Source: an uncultured bacterium (GTDB lineage Bacteria > Patescibacteriota > Patescibacteriia > SG8-24 > DYFX01). From it: a stretch of DNA of 64,000 bases. Below are positions 28,036-38,236 of the stretch, piece by piece. The stretch lies in the NCBI GenBank assembly GCA_937900255.1, contig CALCDZ010000002.1, forward strand, positions 9,655-73,654, given 5' to 3'. The notes beneath the pieces were generated by a model. That model worked only from the letters and a program-made list of their open reading frames with translations, made no database searches and was not told where the DNA came from. The translations under genes and the position numbers were made by a program. Within the stretch, counting starts at the first letter, position 1. Each line of letters opens with the position of its first letter.

Positions 28036-30242
28036 AGCCGTTGGACAAGTTCCTGCTCTACGTCGTCCGCTACGGCCTATTCGCGGTCTTCGCGCTGCCT
28101 TTCGTGGTCTGGTTGAGTCACCTGTACCCATGGGTGACCGGTAAGGTCTTCAGTTTCGTGATCCTCGTCGAAGTCCTGTTTCCTGCCTACGTCTTGCTGG
28201 CACTGCGCCGCCGGGAGTTCCGCCCTTCCAGGAATCCGCTTCTTTACGCGCTTCTTGCCTACTTCGCGGTAGAGACGCTTTCGATGCTCCTGGGCGATAA
28301 TGCGCATCGCAGTCTCTGGTCGAAACCGGATCGGCTGACGGGCCTGTTCTTCCAGTATCACCTCCTCGCGTTCTTCCTCATGGCCGGAGCCGTCTGGCGG
28401 AAGGTGATGGTCCAGCCGATCGTCGCGTCGATCGTCACCGCCGTCCTCCTTTCGCTCCAGGCGCTCCACCAGGTCTTCTCGCCTGCGCCCGGGTCCGACG
28501 GTCGTGGCTCGGCGACGCTCGGTAATCCGGATTATCTCGGACAATATCTCGTGCCGCACCTGTTCCTGTGCGGCTGGTTGATCCGGCGGCACTGGAAGAC
28601 GTCGCTGCGATGGCTGTGGACGGGCGCCGGCGCGCTTATCCTGGCAGGCATCGTCTCCGCCCAATCGAAAGGTGCGCTTGTCGGCGTCGCGATCGGCATC
28701 CTGGTCGGAGCGCTTGTCCTGATTTTCCGATCGACCGGCATGGTCCGGAAGGCAGGACTCGCCGGCATGGGGGTGCTGGCGCTTGCCGTCGCGGGCTTCT
28801 TCATCGGCCAGAAGATCCGGCCGGTCAACGTCTGGTTGTATGATCATCGTTTCTCCATCCAGTATCTCCAGGAAACGACGGGGTCCCGGCGGCTGCTCCT
28901 GCAGAACGCCTTGAAAGGCATCGGCCAGCGCCCGATCCTGGGCTGGGGTCCGGAGAATTTCGAGGACGGTTTCTATTTCAACTACGACCCGCACACCCTG
29001 AAGTTCTCGGATTACGAGACCCGTCAGGATCGGCCGCATAACCTGGTGCTGGAACTCCTGCACAACCTTGGCGCGATCGGTTTCCTCGCGTATGCGCTCG
29101 TCCTCGTCTCCGCCGCGCGCCTGGCCCTGAAGAAAGGACGTCCGGAAATGGCGGCAGGCGTCATCCTGATCGTGGCTGCCGTCTCGCAGGTCGCCACCGA
29201 TCTCTTCATCTTCGAGACGCCGATGTCGTATATGGCGCTCTTCCTCATGTTCTCGCTGATCGCGGCCGATGCGGGAGAACGGGAGGCGTGGGAAGAAGGC
29301 GGCGATGAGACTTCCGCCGCATCCGTACCGCTCTTCGTCCTGGCCGCGGCGCTTTCGGGCTGGTGCCTGATCGGCATCGTGTCCGGCACGATCGCTTCCA
29401 CGCGCCTGACGGCTTCGATGATCGTCGGCCTGCAGGCGCAGGGGGCCTCCGACCAGGACAAGGCCGATCAGCTGAAGGCGGAACTGTCCGGCCTCCGCAA
29501 GCTGAAGACGCCTTACTATGAACGCGACATCCGCGCGCTCAGTTCGCATCTCAGCCGCGCTCGCGGCGAATATCTGGAAGGTCCCCTCAAGCCGATCCTG
29601 ATCGAGACGGCGGAGGAGGAATACGGGCTGCTTCAGCGCAACCGCACGGATTACGTGCACGCGCTCGTCACGGCCGTGGCCTACCTGAGCTTCCATCCGC
29701 GCACGGACGCGCAGCAGGCCGCGCTTGAGGATTCCGCGTCGCTTGCATCCAAGCTTTCCCCGAACCGCCAGGAGGTCGAGGAGATCCTGGCCCAGATCGC
29801 TTGGGAAAAAGGCGACCTTCCCGCATCCGAGGCGCATATCCGCCGGATCAAGGATCTCGACCCCGAACTGCCGATCGGCGACGCCTGGCGGATCAGGTGG
29901 CAACTGGAGTTCGGCGATCCCAAAGAGGCCGTCAAGGCGCTTTCGGGGCGACCAGAAATCGCGCAGGATACGACGGCATGGAATCAGGTCGAATACGGCA
30001 CGCTTCATCTGCTCACGCAGAAGCGTTGGCAAAGCCTTGCGGCATTGCAAGAGGCGTCCGCAGCCGCCGGGGTGCGCAACGTCCAGTGGGACCTGACCGG
30101 TGCGATCGCCTATTGGGCGGAAGGCCAGAAGACCAAGAGCGATGCGCTCATCGCCGAGTGCCGGAAGCGCTATCCGGACAAGCTTGACCTGATCACTTCG
30201 ATCGAGACGAATCGAGCCCAAATCGTCGCGACCGGCGCATGA
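28032..30242 (+). CDS. O-antigen ligase/polymerase-like (Wzy_C) membrane protein with C-terminal TPR-like domain
   Basis: About 12 TM N-terminal half, then a large TM-flanked loop, and a soluble alpha-helical repeat C-terminus. ATGA overlap with murC. Confidence 0.75.
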   Translation: MKPLDKFLLYVVRYGLFAVFALPFVVWLSHLYPWVTGKVFSFVILVEVLFPAYVLLALRRREFRPSRNPLLYALLAYFAVETLSMLLGDNAHRSLWSKPDRLTGLFFQYHLLAFFLMAGAVWRKVMVQPIVASIVTAVLLSLQALHQVFSPAPGSDGRGSATLGNPDYLGQYLVPHLFLCGWLIRRHWKTSLRWLWTGAGALILAGIVSAQSKGALVGVAIGILVGALVLIFRSTGMVRKAGLAGMGVLALAVAGFFIGQKIRPVNVWLYDHRFSIQYLQETTGSRRLLLQNALKGIGQRPILGWGPENFEDGFYFNYDPHTLKFSDYETRQDRPHNLVLELLHNLGAIGFLAYALVLVSAARLALKKGRPEMAAGVILIVAAVSQVATDLFIFETPMSYMALFLMFSLIAADAGEREAWEEGGDETSAASVPLFVLAAALSGWCLIGIVSGTIASTRLTASMIVGLQAQGASDQDKADQLKAELSGLRKLKTPYYERDIRALSSHLSRARGEYLEGPLKPILIETAEEEYGLLQRNRTDYVHALVTAVAYLSFHPRTDAQQAALEDSASLASKLSPNRQEVEEILAQIAWEKGDLPASEAHIRRIKDLDPELPIGDAWRIRWQLEFGDPKEAVKALSGRPEIAQDTTAWNQVEYGTLHLLTQKRWQSLAALQEASAAAGVRNVQWDLTGAIAYWAEGQKTKSDALIAECRKRYPDKLDLITSIETNRAQIVATGA

Positions 30243-31383
30243 GGTCCTGGTAGAGCTCCAGGGTGCTCGCGACCATGGATGAACCGGAGCGGCGTTCCGC
30301 GATGCGCGGGGCGCCGCTTTTCAGTTTTTGGGACAGGTCCTGACCGGCCAGGACGGAACGGATGGCGGAGACGAGCCTTTCGCGGTCGGCGGGCGGTATG
30401 AGAAGCCCCGTTTCCCCGTCCTCGATCAGTTCCGGCAGCGCGCCGACGCGGGTGGCGATGATCGGCACGCCGGCGAGCGAGGCTTCCAGGATCGCCCATG
30501 GCAAGCCTTCTTTCGTGGAGGGGAGGATGAAGAGGTCGAACGCCTTGAGTAGCCGGGCGGCGTCGGGCAGGGCGCCAGGCAGGCAGATGCGCGCGCGGTG
30601 GGCGAGGCCGGAACGGCGCGCCAGGAGTTCCGGCATCTTCGGGCCGTCTCCGATGACGACGAGATCGACATCAGGAAATTCTCCGGCGACCGCGTCGAAC
30701 GCTTCGAGCAGCATCGGAAGATTCTTTGCGGGATAGCTGTTGGCGATCGTGCCGATGATCCGTTCGAAGGCCGGCACCCCGCAAGCCTTGGAAAGTTCCG
30801 TAAGCGCGGCATCCCGTCCAAGGAAGGCGATCTCGTCCGGATCGATGCCGAGCGGAATGAGGTGCAGTCGAGCCGGAACGGAAAGATCCTTGTCCAGCGC
30901 GACGGCGCGTTCGGTCTCGGTCAATACGATGGTAGCGGAGCGCCAGAGCGACGCCAGCTTTTCGCTCGCGAGCATGAGCAGTCGGAACGGGAAAGGTCTC
31001 CGCTCCAAGAAACCCCAGCCATGGGCGGTGAAGATCAGGGCGGGACGTCGCTTCGAGAGCCGGACGGCCAAGGCTGCGATCAGGCCGGCCTTGCTGCTGT
31101 TGGAGTGAATCAGGGCGTACCCCTCCCGATCGATCATCTTTCGGACGGCGTTGACCGCTTTCAGGTCGTTCCATGGCGAGATCGGGCGGCGCAACGCCGG
31201 AATCTCGAAGGTCCGGATGCCGTTCGGAAGCGCCTTGAAAAGCTCGGATCGCGCAGAGGATCCGGCTGCGACCGTCACGTCGAATCCGGAACGCGCGGCG
31301 GCGGCCAGGCGCGCGACATAGCGCTCGGCGCCTCCCCAGGCCGAGGAGGTGATGAGATACAGGAGTTTCGGCTTGGCATCCAT
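30193..31383 (-). CDS. Glycosyltransferase family 4
   Basis: 396 aa GT-B. KLLYLITSSAWGGAERYV N-terminus and EGLPWAILEASLAGVPIIAT C-domain. Confidence 0.8.
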   Translation of the reverse strand: MDAKPKLLYLITSSAWGGAERYVARLAAAARSGFDVTVAAGSSARSELFKALPNGIRTFEIPALRRPISPWNDLKAVNAVRKMIDREGYALIHSNSSKAGLIAALAVRLSKRRPALIFTAHGWGFLERRPFPFRLLMLASEKLASLWRSATIVLTETERAVALDKDLSVPARLHLIPLGIDPDEIAFLGRDAALTELSKACGVPAFERIIGTIANSYPAKNLPMLLEAFDAVAGEFPDVDLVVIGDGPKMPELLARRSGLAHRARICLPGALPDAARLLKAFDLFILPSTKEGLPWAILEASLAGVPIIATRVGALPELIEDGETGLLIPPADRERLVSAIRSVLAGQDLSQKLKSGAPRIAERRSGSSMVASTLELYQDLMRRSRRFGLDSSRSK

Positions 31384-31424
31384 ATTTGCCGCAGGAAAGC
31401 GCAGCAGCTACACTATAGCATGAC

Positions 31425-33650
31425 ATGAAAGTCGTCTTCGCCACCGGAATCTTCCCGCCCGACATCGGCGGACCGGCCGCCTCGGTCCCGTTGTTGGCGG
31501 AAGCTTGGAGCGCTCGCGGGCATGAAGTGACGGTCGTGACGTATGCGGACGCGCCGTCGGTCGCCGGAAACGATCCCGCTTATCGCGTCGTCAGGATTTC
31601 CCGCACGCTTCCGGTTTGGAGGCGGTACCCCGCGTTTTTCATGGCGTTGTGGCGCGCCTCGGCAGGGCCTGGCTCGATCTTCGCCCAGGACGGCGTCGCT
31701 TCCGGGGTGCCGGCGTTGATCGTCTCCCGTCTGCGCCGTCGGCGCCTGATCGTCAGGATCGCCGGAGATTTCGCGTGGGAGCGCGCGCAGGTGGCGCATG
31801 GGTACCGGGAATCGCTTGAGACGTTCCAGCGGGACCGGCGGCTCCCGCTCGGTCTCAGGGTCATCCGAGCGCTACAGCGTTCCGTCTTCCGGCACGCTCA
31901 CCTCGCGGTCGCGCCGAGCCGCTATCTTGCGGATGTGCTGCGCGGTTGGGGGGTGGGCGAGAACCGGATCCGCGTCATCCACAACGGGGTCGTCCTGCCG
32001 GACGTCATCCCTGCACACGGCACTCATCCTCGACGCATCGTCGCGTCCGCCCGGCTCGTGCCATGGAAGAACATCGACGTGCTCATCAAGGCGATGCCGG
32101 GCGTCCTGGCACGCGTGCCGGACGCGACCCTGCTGATCGTCGGAGACGGACCGGAACGGGAACGCCTCGAGGCACTCTCCGCGGCGCCGATGCTGAAAGG
32201 GAAGGTTTCCTTCGCCGGACGGATGGAGCGGAAGGATCTTCTTACGATCATCGCCGAAAGCGCGGTCTTCGCTTTGCCGAGTTCCTACGAGGGCTTTTCT
32301 CACCAGTTGGTGGAGGCGTTCGCCTGCGGAGCCGCCGTCGTCGCCAGCCGCGCCGGCGGCAATACGGAACTGGTCGCGGATGGCAAGAACGGTCTTTTGG
32401 TCGAACCTGGCGACGTCGTCGGGCTCTCGAAGGCCCTCATCCGCTTCCTTGAGGAGCCGGCTTTCGCTGAAGCCTGCGGACGGGAAGCGGCGAAGGGGCT
32501 TGCCGGTTTTACGGTCGATACGCAAATCGCCCGGACGACCGAGGCGGTCTTGGGCCGGCCCGGATTGCGCGTGGTGCTCGTGAGCCGCGACGGCACGGCG
32601 GCGGATCCTTCTTCGCGGACGGCGGCGCGCATGCGCGCCTATGGGGAGCGGGTCGACTTCCTGCATGTGGTCTGTCTCGCGAGACAGGAGCCGTCCTCCA
32701 TGCGGCTTTCGCCGCGCGTGCAGGTGGATGTCGTGGATGCGCGCACGGCGCTCCGTCATCCTTTGGCGCTGACCGGCGCCGTGAAAGATGCCGCCATTGC
32801 CTCGCAAGCGTCGCTCGTCGTCGCGCAGGACCCGTTCGAGGCCGGCGTATCCGCAGCTGCGGCCGCTTGGTCCGTCGGCGTGCCGCTCCTCGTCGAGGAG
32901 CATGGCGGCGTCTACCTTTCCCCGCATTGGAGACGGGAAAAGATCAAACATCGTCTGCTGCATCCGCTGGGACTCCTGGTCATGGGCCGCGCGGCCGGCC
33001 TGCGCGCCGTGAGCGCCAAGATCGAGGCCGACCTGCGCCGTCGCTGGCCGAAGATGCCGATCGCGCGCATCCCCGTCTATACCGAGCCGATCGCGTGCTA
33101 TCGCGAAGGCGCGCCGTACGTCTTCGGATACGTCGGGCGCTTCGTGCCGCAGAAAAAACTTGAGATGCTCCTTTCGGCTTTCGCTTCCGTCGTCCGTACC
33201 CGTCCAGAAGCGCGCCTTCTCATGGTCGGCGCCGGTCCTTCGGAAGCGGCATTGCGCGCCGAAGCGGAAGCGCTCGGTATCGGCGATCATGTGACGTGGC
33301 GGCCGTACAGCGAGCGCATCGTCGACGTCTTCAAGGAAATCGGCACCTTGGTCCTCTCGTCCCGGTACGAGGGCTGGGCGCGCGTCGTGCCTGAGGCGAT
33401 GTCCTGCGGCATTCCCGTGGTGATGACGGACGTCGGCTGCGCCGGCGAACTCCTGCGTAACGGCGTCGAAGGCTACGTGACCCCGATCGACGACGCGGGC
33501 ATCTTGGCTCAAGCCATGCTCAAGATCTCCGATCCGCACCAGCATGCGCTCATGAGCGCGGCCGCCAGGCGCCGCTCGGAAACTTCCGCGACGCCCGAAG
33601 ACCTGGCCGGGCGCCTCATCGGTTTCTGGAAGGAGGTGGCTGGCCTATGA
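31425..33650 (+). CDS. Tandem double GT4 glycosyltransferase (two GT-B modules fused)
   Basis: 741 aa. Two E-x7-E-type C-domains (EGFSHQLVEAFACGAAVV and EGWARVVPEAMSCGIPVV). Confidence 0.75.
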   Translation: MKVVFATGIFPPDIGGPAASVPLLAEAWSARGHEVTVVTYADAPSVAGNDPAYRVVRISRTLPVWRRYPAFFMALWRASAGPGSIFAQDGVASGVPALIVSRLRRRRLIVRIAGDFAWERAQVAHGYRESLETFQRDRRLPLGLRVIRALQRSVFRHAHLAVAPSRYLADVLRGWGVGENRIRVIHNGVVLPDVIPAHGTHPRRIVASARLVPWKNIDVLIKAMPGVLARVPDATLLIVGDGPERERLEALSAAPMLKGKVSFAGRMERKDLLTIIAESAVFALPSSYEGFSHQLVEAFACGAAVVASRAGGNTELVADGKNGLLVEPGDVVGLSKALIRFLEEPAFAEACGREAAKGLAGFTVDTQIARTTEAVLGRPGLRVVLVSRDGTAADPSSRTAARMRAYGERVDFLHVVCLARQEPSSMRLSPRVQVDVVDARTALRHPLALTGAVKDAAIASQASLVVAQDPFEAGVSAAAAAWSVGVPLLVEEHGGVYLSPHWRREKIKHRLLHPLGLLVMGRAAGLRAVSAKIEADLRRRWPKMPIARIPVYTEPIACYREGAPYVFGYVGRFVPQKKLEMLLSAFASVVRTRPEARLLMVGAGPSEAALRAEAEALGIGDHVTWRPYSERIVDVFKEIGTLVLSSRYEGWARVVPEAMSCGIPVVMTDVGCAGELLRNGVEGYVTPIDDAGILAQAMLKISDPHQHALMSAAARRRSETSATPEDLAGRLIGFWKEVAGL

Positions 33651-34693
33651 GGATACTCGTCGTCACGCAGGCCGTCGACGCGGATTCCTCCACGCTCGGC
33701 TTTTTCGTGGAATGGCTCCGCGAGTTTTCGGGGCGCTGCGAGCGCGTGGACGTCATCGCGCTTTCGGTCGGACGGCATGACTTGCCCGCGAACGTCCGCG
33801 TCGTCTCGATGGGTAAGGAACGTGGCATCGGCAGGCTGGGACGCCTGCTGGCATATTGGAGGCATCTTCTGAAGCTCTTGCCGGAAACGGACGGTGTCTT
33901 CATCCATATGTGCCCGGAGTACCTGCTCGCAGGATGGCCGCTTCTCGTTTTCAGGCGCTTGCCGACCGTATTTTGGTACGCGCATCGTTCCAGGAACCTT
34001 CTCGCACGCGCGGCGATGCCGCTCGCCACCCATCTGGCGACGAGCGTTCCCGGAGCCGTCACGCTTGCTGCGGCCAACATCCGGTTCCTTGGGCAGGGGA
34101 TACCGACGGAGCTGTTCCGTCCGCTCCCGCTCCTCGTCGGGTCTCCGTTCAGGCTCGTGGTCGTGGGCCGCATCACGCCTATCAAGCGGCTCGATCTGCT
34201 GATCGACGCCCTGGCCCTTTTGCGGGGGCGCGGCATCGACGCTGCGCTCGAGTTCTGGGGAGAGCCGGCCGCGGCAGGCGACGCGGCCTATGCCGTTTCG
34301 TTGCGGGAAAGGGCCGTAGCCGCGTCGGTTTCTGGAAGAGTGCGCTTCCTCGGGAGAGTGCCGTTCGCGCGTATGCCGGAAAAATACGGCGGGGTTTCCG
34401 TCGCCTGGAACGCCTGCGCGGATGGTGCCGTCGACAAGGCCGTGCTTGAAGCCATGGCTTGCGCCAGGCCGGTCGTGGTGACGAATCACGTCTTTTCCGG
34501 CACGTTCGGACCGGATGCGGATGCATGTCTGGCCGACGGGACGGCGGAGTCCATCGCGGAAAAAACGGCGAAGATCCTGTCGGGCCCCGGCGGGCTGGCG
34601 CTTGGACTTCGCCTGCGCGAGACGGTCGTGGCCCATCATGGCCTTCCTGGCCTCGTGAACGGCATCATCGATCTGATGGACTCCAAGCGTTAA
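33647..34693 (+). CDS. Glycosyltransferase family 4
   Basis: 348 aa. MRILVVTQAVD N-terminus. 4-nt overlap with the upstream gene. Confidence 0.75.
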   Translation: MRILVVTQAVDADSSTLGFFVEWLREFSGRCERVDVIALSVGRHDLPANVRVVSMGKERGIGRLGRLLAYWRHLLKLLPETDGVFIHMCPEYLLAGWPLLVFRRLPTVFWYAHRSRNLLARAAMPLATHLATSVPGAVTLAAANIRFLGQGIPTELFRPLPLLVGSPFRLVVVGRITPIKRLDLLIDALALLRGRGIDAALEFWGEPAAAGDAAYAVSLRERAVAASVSGRVRFLGRVPFARMPEKYGGVSVAWNACADGAVDKAVLEAMACARPVVVTNHVFSGTFGPDADACLADGTAESIAEKTAKILSGPGGLALGLRLRETVVAHHGLPGLVNGIIDLMDSKR

Positions 34694-35460
34694 CGGCGCA
34701 GAAGGATCCTCCACGGCAACAGGGCGGATTCCAGGATGACGGCCTTGCTGATTTTTGATGTGCCGTGCGTCCGATCCTTGAAGGTGATAGGGAGTTCCTT
34801 CGGCACATATCCTGCCAGCACGGCGGCGAGCTTCGTTTCGACCGCGAAGGCGTATCCGTCGGATTTCGGGTCGGCGGCCATGACCCGTTCAAGCGCGTTC
34901 CGGCTCCAGGCGGCGAAACCGGAGGTGGCGTCATGGATGCGGAACCTGGGATGACGAAGCCTGATGATGGCGCTCGCGTAGAGATTGGCCCAACGGCTCA
35001 GAAGACGCCGGTGCAACGGCCAATCCCGACATGCACCGCCGGAGACGTAGCGCGAACCGATGGCGAATCCCGACTCACGTGCCATCGCCGTCAGCGCTGG
35101 GACCTTTTCCGGTCCGTGGGAGAAGTCGGCGTCCATGCTGACGACTACGTCGTAGCCCGTCTCATGTCTCAATATCCATCGGAAGGCGTCGGTATAGGCC
35201 GTGCCCAGGCCTAATTTCCTCGGACGACGCATCAGCAGGACGCGCATCGGAGCCGAGGAAGCGGCGATTTTTGCGGCCTCGGCCGTGCCGTCAGGGCTGC
35301 CGTCATCGACGATGAGGAGGTCGGCCTCGCTCCGCAGTCCGATCGCTTCGATGAATGCGCGAATGTCCTGGCGCTCGTTGTAGGTAGGCACGACGATAAG
35401 CGCCCTGCCGGCAGAGCGATCGTTCAGCCCTTCCACGGAGATGATACGTTCGGAAATCAT
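34690..35460 (-). CDS. GT2 polyprenyl-phosphate sugar synthase (ArnC/GtrB/DPM1-like)
   Basis: LIVVPTYNERQDI...LIVDDGSPDGT...VVSMDADFSHGP (DXD). True start is ATG 35460, overlapping the stop of the upstream GT-C gene. The 633-aa ORF 34690..36591 is rejected as a single gene. Confidence 0.75.
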   Translation of the reverse strand: MISERIISVEGLNDRSAGRALIVVPTYNERQDIRAFIEAIGLRSEADLLIVDDGSPDGTAEAAKIAASSAPMRVLLMRRPRKLGLGTAYTDAFRWILRHETGYDVVVSMDADFSHGPEKVPALTAMARESGFAIGSRYVSGGACRDWPLHRRLLSRWANLYASAIIRLRHPRFRIHDATSGFAAWSRNALERVMAADPKSDGYAFAVETKLAAVLAGYVPKELPITFKDRTHGTSKISKAVILESALLPWRILLRR

Positions 35461-36833
35461 TCGTGCGGAACGTTTTTCTTCGTGCTCCAGGCATCCGATA
35501 GGCGCCAGAAAGCGGAAGCGGCCATGACGGCCATGATCGAATCGAACGGGACGCGATATTTCGTGCCGGGAGTGGTGATGACGTAGGTCAGCGTGAAGGC
35601 CAGCGCCAGAGCGATGAACAAGACCGTCCGCTTGCGCTCCTCCCTGGATTCCAGCGCGACTTCGAGCAGCGAGAGCGTCAGCAGGAACCCGTAGCTCAGC
35701 GCGTAGCCCCAATTCATGAAGCTGTCCGAAAGGATGACGGCACCGTTGCCGCCGACCGCTCCCTTGGGCGGATACATCCATGGGTGCCACAGCAGGAGGA
35801 ACTTCATCCCGAAGAGCCCAGGCAGTTCGGGGGCGTGGGCGCGCATCCAGCCGCGCGCCTTGGCGTACCAGAAGCGGTCCGCTTCCGGTTCGCTGCGGCC
35901 TTGCATGAAGGCACAACCGGATTTCCGGACGCCATCCATCGGCGTCGGGATGCCGTCGGCCGGTTCGGGGGTGGCGTCGATCCAAAGGTCGTTCAGCAGC
36001 ATCCGCATCGCGAGTGGGTTGTAGTCCTTGTGGAAGACGCGGCCTCCATCGGTCGTGAGCGGGACGAACGCGCGGTGGACCGCATAGTTCCGGATGACCC
36101 AGGGCGTCATGACGAGCAGCGCCGAGATCCCCATGACGCATGAGAAGCGAAGCGCTTTCCTGAAGGAGCCCCAGCGCCACCAGAGCCATACGGAGGCCAG
36201 GGGTGCGAAAAAGACCATCGGACCGCTGGTCGCGAGCATCGCCAGGCCGATCCAGAGGCCGTTCAACGCCGCGGTGCCGGTTTTCGGCACGCGTTCCAGG
36301 CGGAGGAGCCCCAGCGTCGCGAGCAGCATCAGGAACGTGAACAGGAAGGTGATGTAGAACTGGGTGTCGTGGTAGAGGTTGTACGGATAGACGGCCATGA
36401 ACAGCGCGCCGAGGAGGCCGACGCGCTTGGAGCGCCATTCCTTGCCGATCAGGTAGACCAGCCAGATGCTGGACAGACCGATCGCCATCTGCGCCAAGCC
36501 GAGCGGCCAGGCATAGCGCGTCGTGCCGAAGACGGCGTAGAAGGGGATGAGGAACAGGATGTAGAGCGGCGCGCGGTACGAGGTCGGGCAATCCCTGGCG
36601 ATGCCCATGCCGTGGCCGGCGACGAAGTTCATCGCTGGGTAGGCGAAGCCCTTCTCGATGCGCGTGGTCAGCTCAGAGTGGAAGGCGAAGAGGAATCCGA
36701 GCCGCAGGATGAGCGCGAGCCCGAGGATGGCGAACAATAGGATATCGGCGTTCCGCTCGACCCGTTCTCCGATCGGCGTATGGCCGTCGCGCATGTCCCT
36801 CCATGCCTCCTGAAGTTTGAGCAGGGGGTGCAT
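35457..36833 (-). CDS. GT-C membrane glycosyltransferase (ArnT/PMT-like, GT39/GT83)
   Basis: 458 aa with about 11 TM. N-terminal first-loop acidic region, typical of ArnT/Pmt. Coupled by ATGA overlap to the GT2 synthase. Confidence 0.75.
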   Translation of the reverse strand: MHPLLKLQEAWRDMRDGHTPIGERVERNADILLFAILGLALILRLGFLFAFHSELTTRIEKGFAYPAMNFVAGHGMGIARDCPTSYRAPLYILFLIPFYAVFGTTRYAWPLGLAQMAIGLSSIWLVYLIGKEWRSKRVGLLGALFMAVYPYNLYHDTQFYITFLFTFLMLLATLGLLRLERVPKTGTAALNGLWIGLAMLATSGPMVFFAPLASVWLWWRWGSFRKALRFSCVMGISALLVMTPWVIRNYAVHRAFVPLTTDGGRVFHKDYNPLAMRMLLNDLWIDATPEPADGIPTPMDGVRKSGCAFMQGRSEPEADRFWYAKARGWMRAHAPELPGLFGMKFLLLWHPWMYPPKGAVGGNGAVILSDSFMNWGYALSYGFLLTLSLLEVALESREERKRTVLFIALALAFTLTYVITTPGTKYRVPFDSIMAVMAASAFWRLSDAWSTKKNVPHE

Positions 36834-36903
36834 ATATCAGCATGAGTATATCGGAACAAGTGCGGCTTCGCAACGCCGGAAGACCTGGTATACTGGAGCC
36901 GTT

Positions 36904-37632
36904 ATGCGGAAAATCCTTCGGGAAGCACGGGCGAAAGCGAGGCTTCTCATGGGCGGCAGCCGGTGCCGTCCGACCATCCTCATGTACCACTCGGTCGGCC
37001 GCAACGCCGCCCACTTCAACGTCACCCCCGAGGCTTTCCGCGCCCAAATGGCCTTCCTGAAAGAGCGCGGCTTCGAGGTCGTCACGCTCGACGAGTGCGT
37101 CCGCCGGGCCATGGCGGGGGAGACGGGCAAGATCGTCGCCCTGACCTTCGACGATGGGTATGCGGATTTCCCGAAGGAAGCTTGGCCCGTGCTGAAGCTA
37201 TACGGATATCCGGCCGTCGTTTTCCTGATCACGGGCCTCATGGGCGGGGGCTACACGACTTCGACAGGCGTCACGATCCCGCTCATGACTTGGGACGTGG
37301 CGGAATTCCTGAAAAAGGAGGGCGTCTCCTTTGGGTCGCATACCGTGACGCATGCCGAACTCGACACGCTTGCCGGCGAGGATGTCGCGAAGCAGTTGGT
37401 CGAATCGCGTGTCGATCTGCGCGAACATCTGGATGTGGAAGCGCGCTGGCTGTGCTATCCGCGCGGCAAAGAGTCGCCTGCCGTCCGCGAATCGGCCAGG
37501 TCGGCTGGGTATGTCGGCGCGGTCACGGTCAAGGCGGGGCATCCGGCTCCCGACACCGATACCTACGGCCTTCCTCGCGCGTATGTGCATTCCGAAATGG
37601 GGATGAAAGAATTTGAGGCGTTGTTCGTATGA
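36904..37632 (+). CDS. Polysaccharide deacetylase (NodB homology domain; ArnD/PgdA-like)
   Basis: TFDDGY...HTVTHAELDTL NodB motifs. Start at MRKILRE. Confidence 0.8.
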   Translation: MRKILREARAKARLLMGGSRCRPTILMYHSVGRNAAHFNVTPEAFRAQMAFLKERGFEVVTLDECVRRAMAGETGKIVALTFDDGYADFPKEAWPVLKLYGYPAVVFLITGLMGGGYTTSTGVTIPLMTWDVAEFLKKEGVSFGSHTVTHAELDTLAGEDVAKQLVESRVDLREHLDVEARWLCYPRGKESPAVRESARSAGYVGAVTVKAGHPAPDTDTYGLPRAYVHSEMGMKEFEALFV

Positions 37633-38234
37633 AGACCGTTTACCGGCGCCTGATGAACGCGCGCCTGAGGCCGATCTTGGCGGGCCTGCGCGGCAGGGTA
37701 CTCGACCTGGCTTCCGGCGCGGCGCCTTCTTATCGGGCGTTTTTCAATCCGAGAGCGGAAGCGGTCAATGGCGACGTGAGCGAAGACCAAGGCGTCGAGC
37801 GTATCGATTTCGATGCGCTGCTGCCGTTCGCGGACGCGTCTTTCGACCATGCTCTCTGCATCAATGCGCTGTATATCGCCAAGTACCCGGGTTTTACGCT
37901 TGGGGAACTGCGGCGCGTCACACGTGCCGGCGGGACGCTCACGGTCGCGGTGCCGTTCGTCTTTCCGGAAGCGCCCGAACCGCACGACTACGCCCGTTGG
38001 ACATCGGAAGGTTTGAGGTCATTGCTGGTCGCTGCGGGCTTCCATGACGTGGCGATAGTCCCGTTCGGCGGGCATTTCACCTCCGCCCTGTTCATCGTCG
38101 AGCCGTTCATGGTCTTCCGGCCGCTGAAATTCCTGGCGCAGGAATCCGCCCTGTTGCTGGACCGCCTCGTCCCGGCGCGCTACCGTGCGGCCAGGCCGTG
38201 CCCGCTCGGGTACGTCGCCATCGCGAAACGCTGA
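37629..38234 (+). CDS. Class I SAM-dependent methyltransferase (Methyltransf_11-like)
   Basis: VLDLASGAA motif I. 201 aa. 4-nt overlap with the deacetylase. Confidence 0.7.
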   Translation: MKTVYRRLMNARLRPILAGLRGRVLDLASGAAPSYRAFFNPRAEAVNGDVSEDQGVERIDFDALLPFADASFDHALCINALYIAKYPGFTLGELRRVTRAGGTLTVAVPFVFPEAPEPHDYARWTSEGLRSLLVAAGFHDVAIVPFGGHFTSALFIVEPFMVFRPLKFLAQESALLLDRLVPARYRAARPCPLGYVAIAKR

Positions 38235-38236
38235 CT

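Noticed and set aside
34690-36591. 633-aa single ORF on the minus strand.
   Set aside because: Only the C-terminal 257 aa (from MISERIIS, ATG 35460) form a GT2 domain. The N-terminal 376 aa are an alternate-frame read-through of the ArnT-like gene 35457..36833, whose stop overlaps that ATG.
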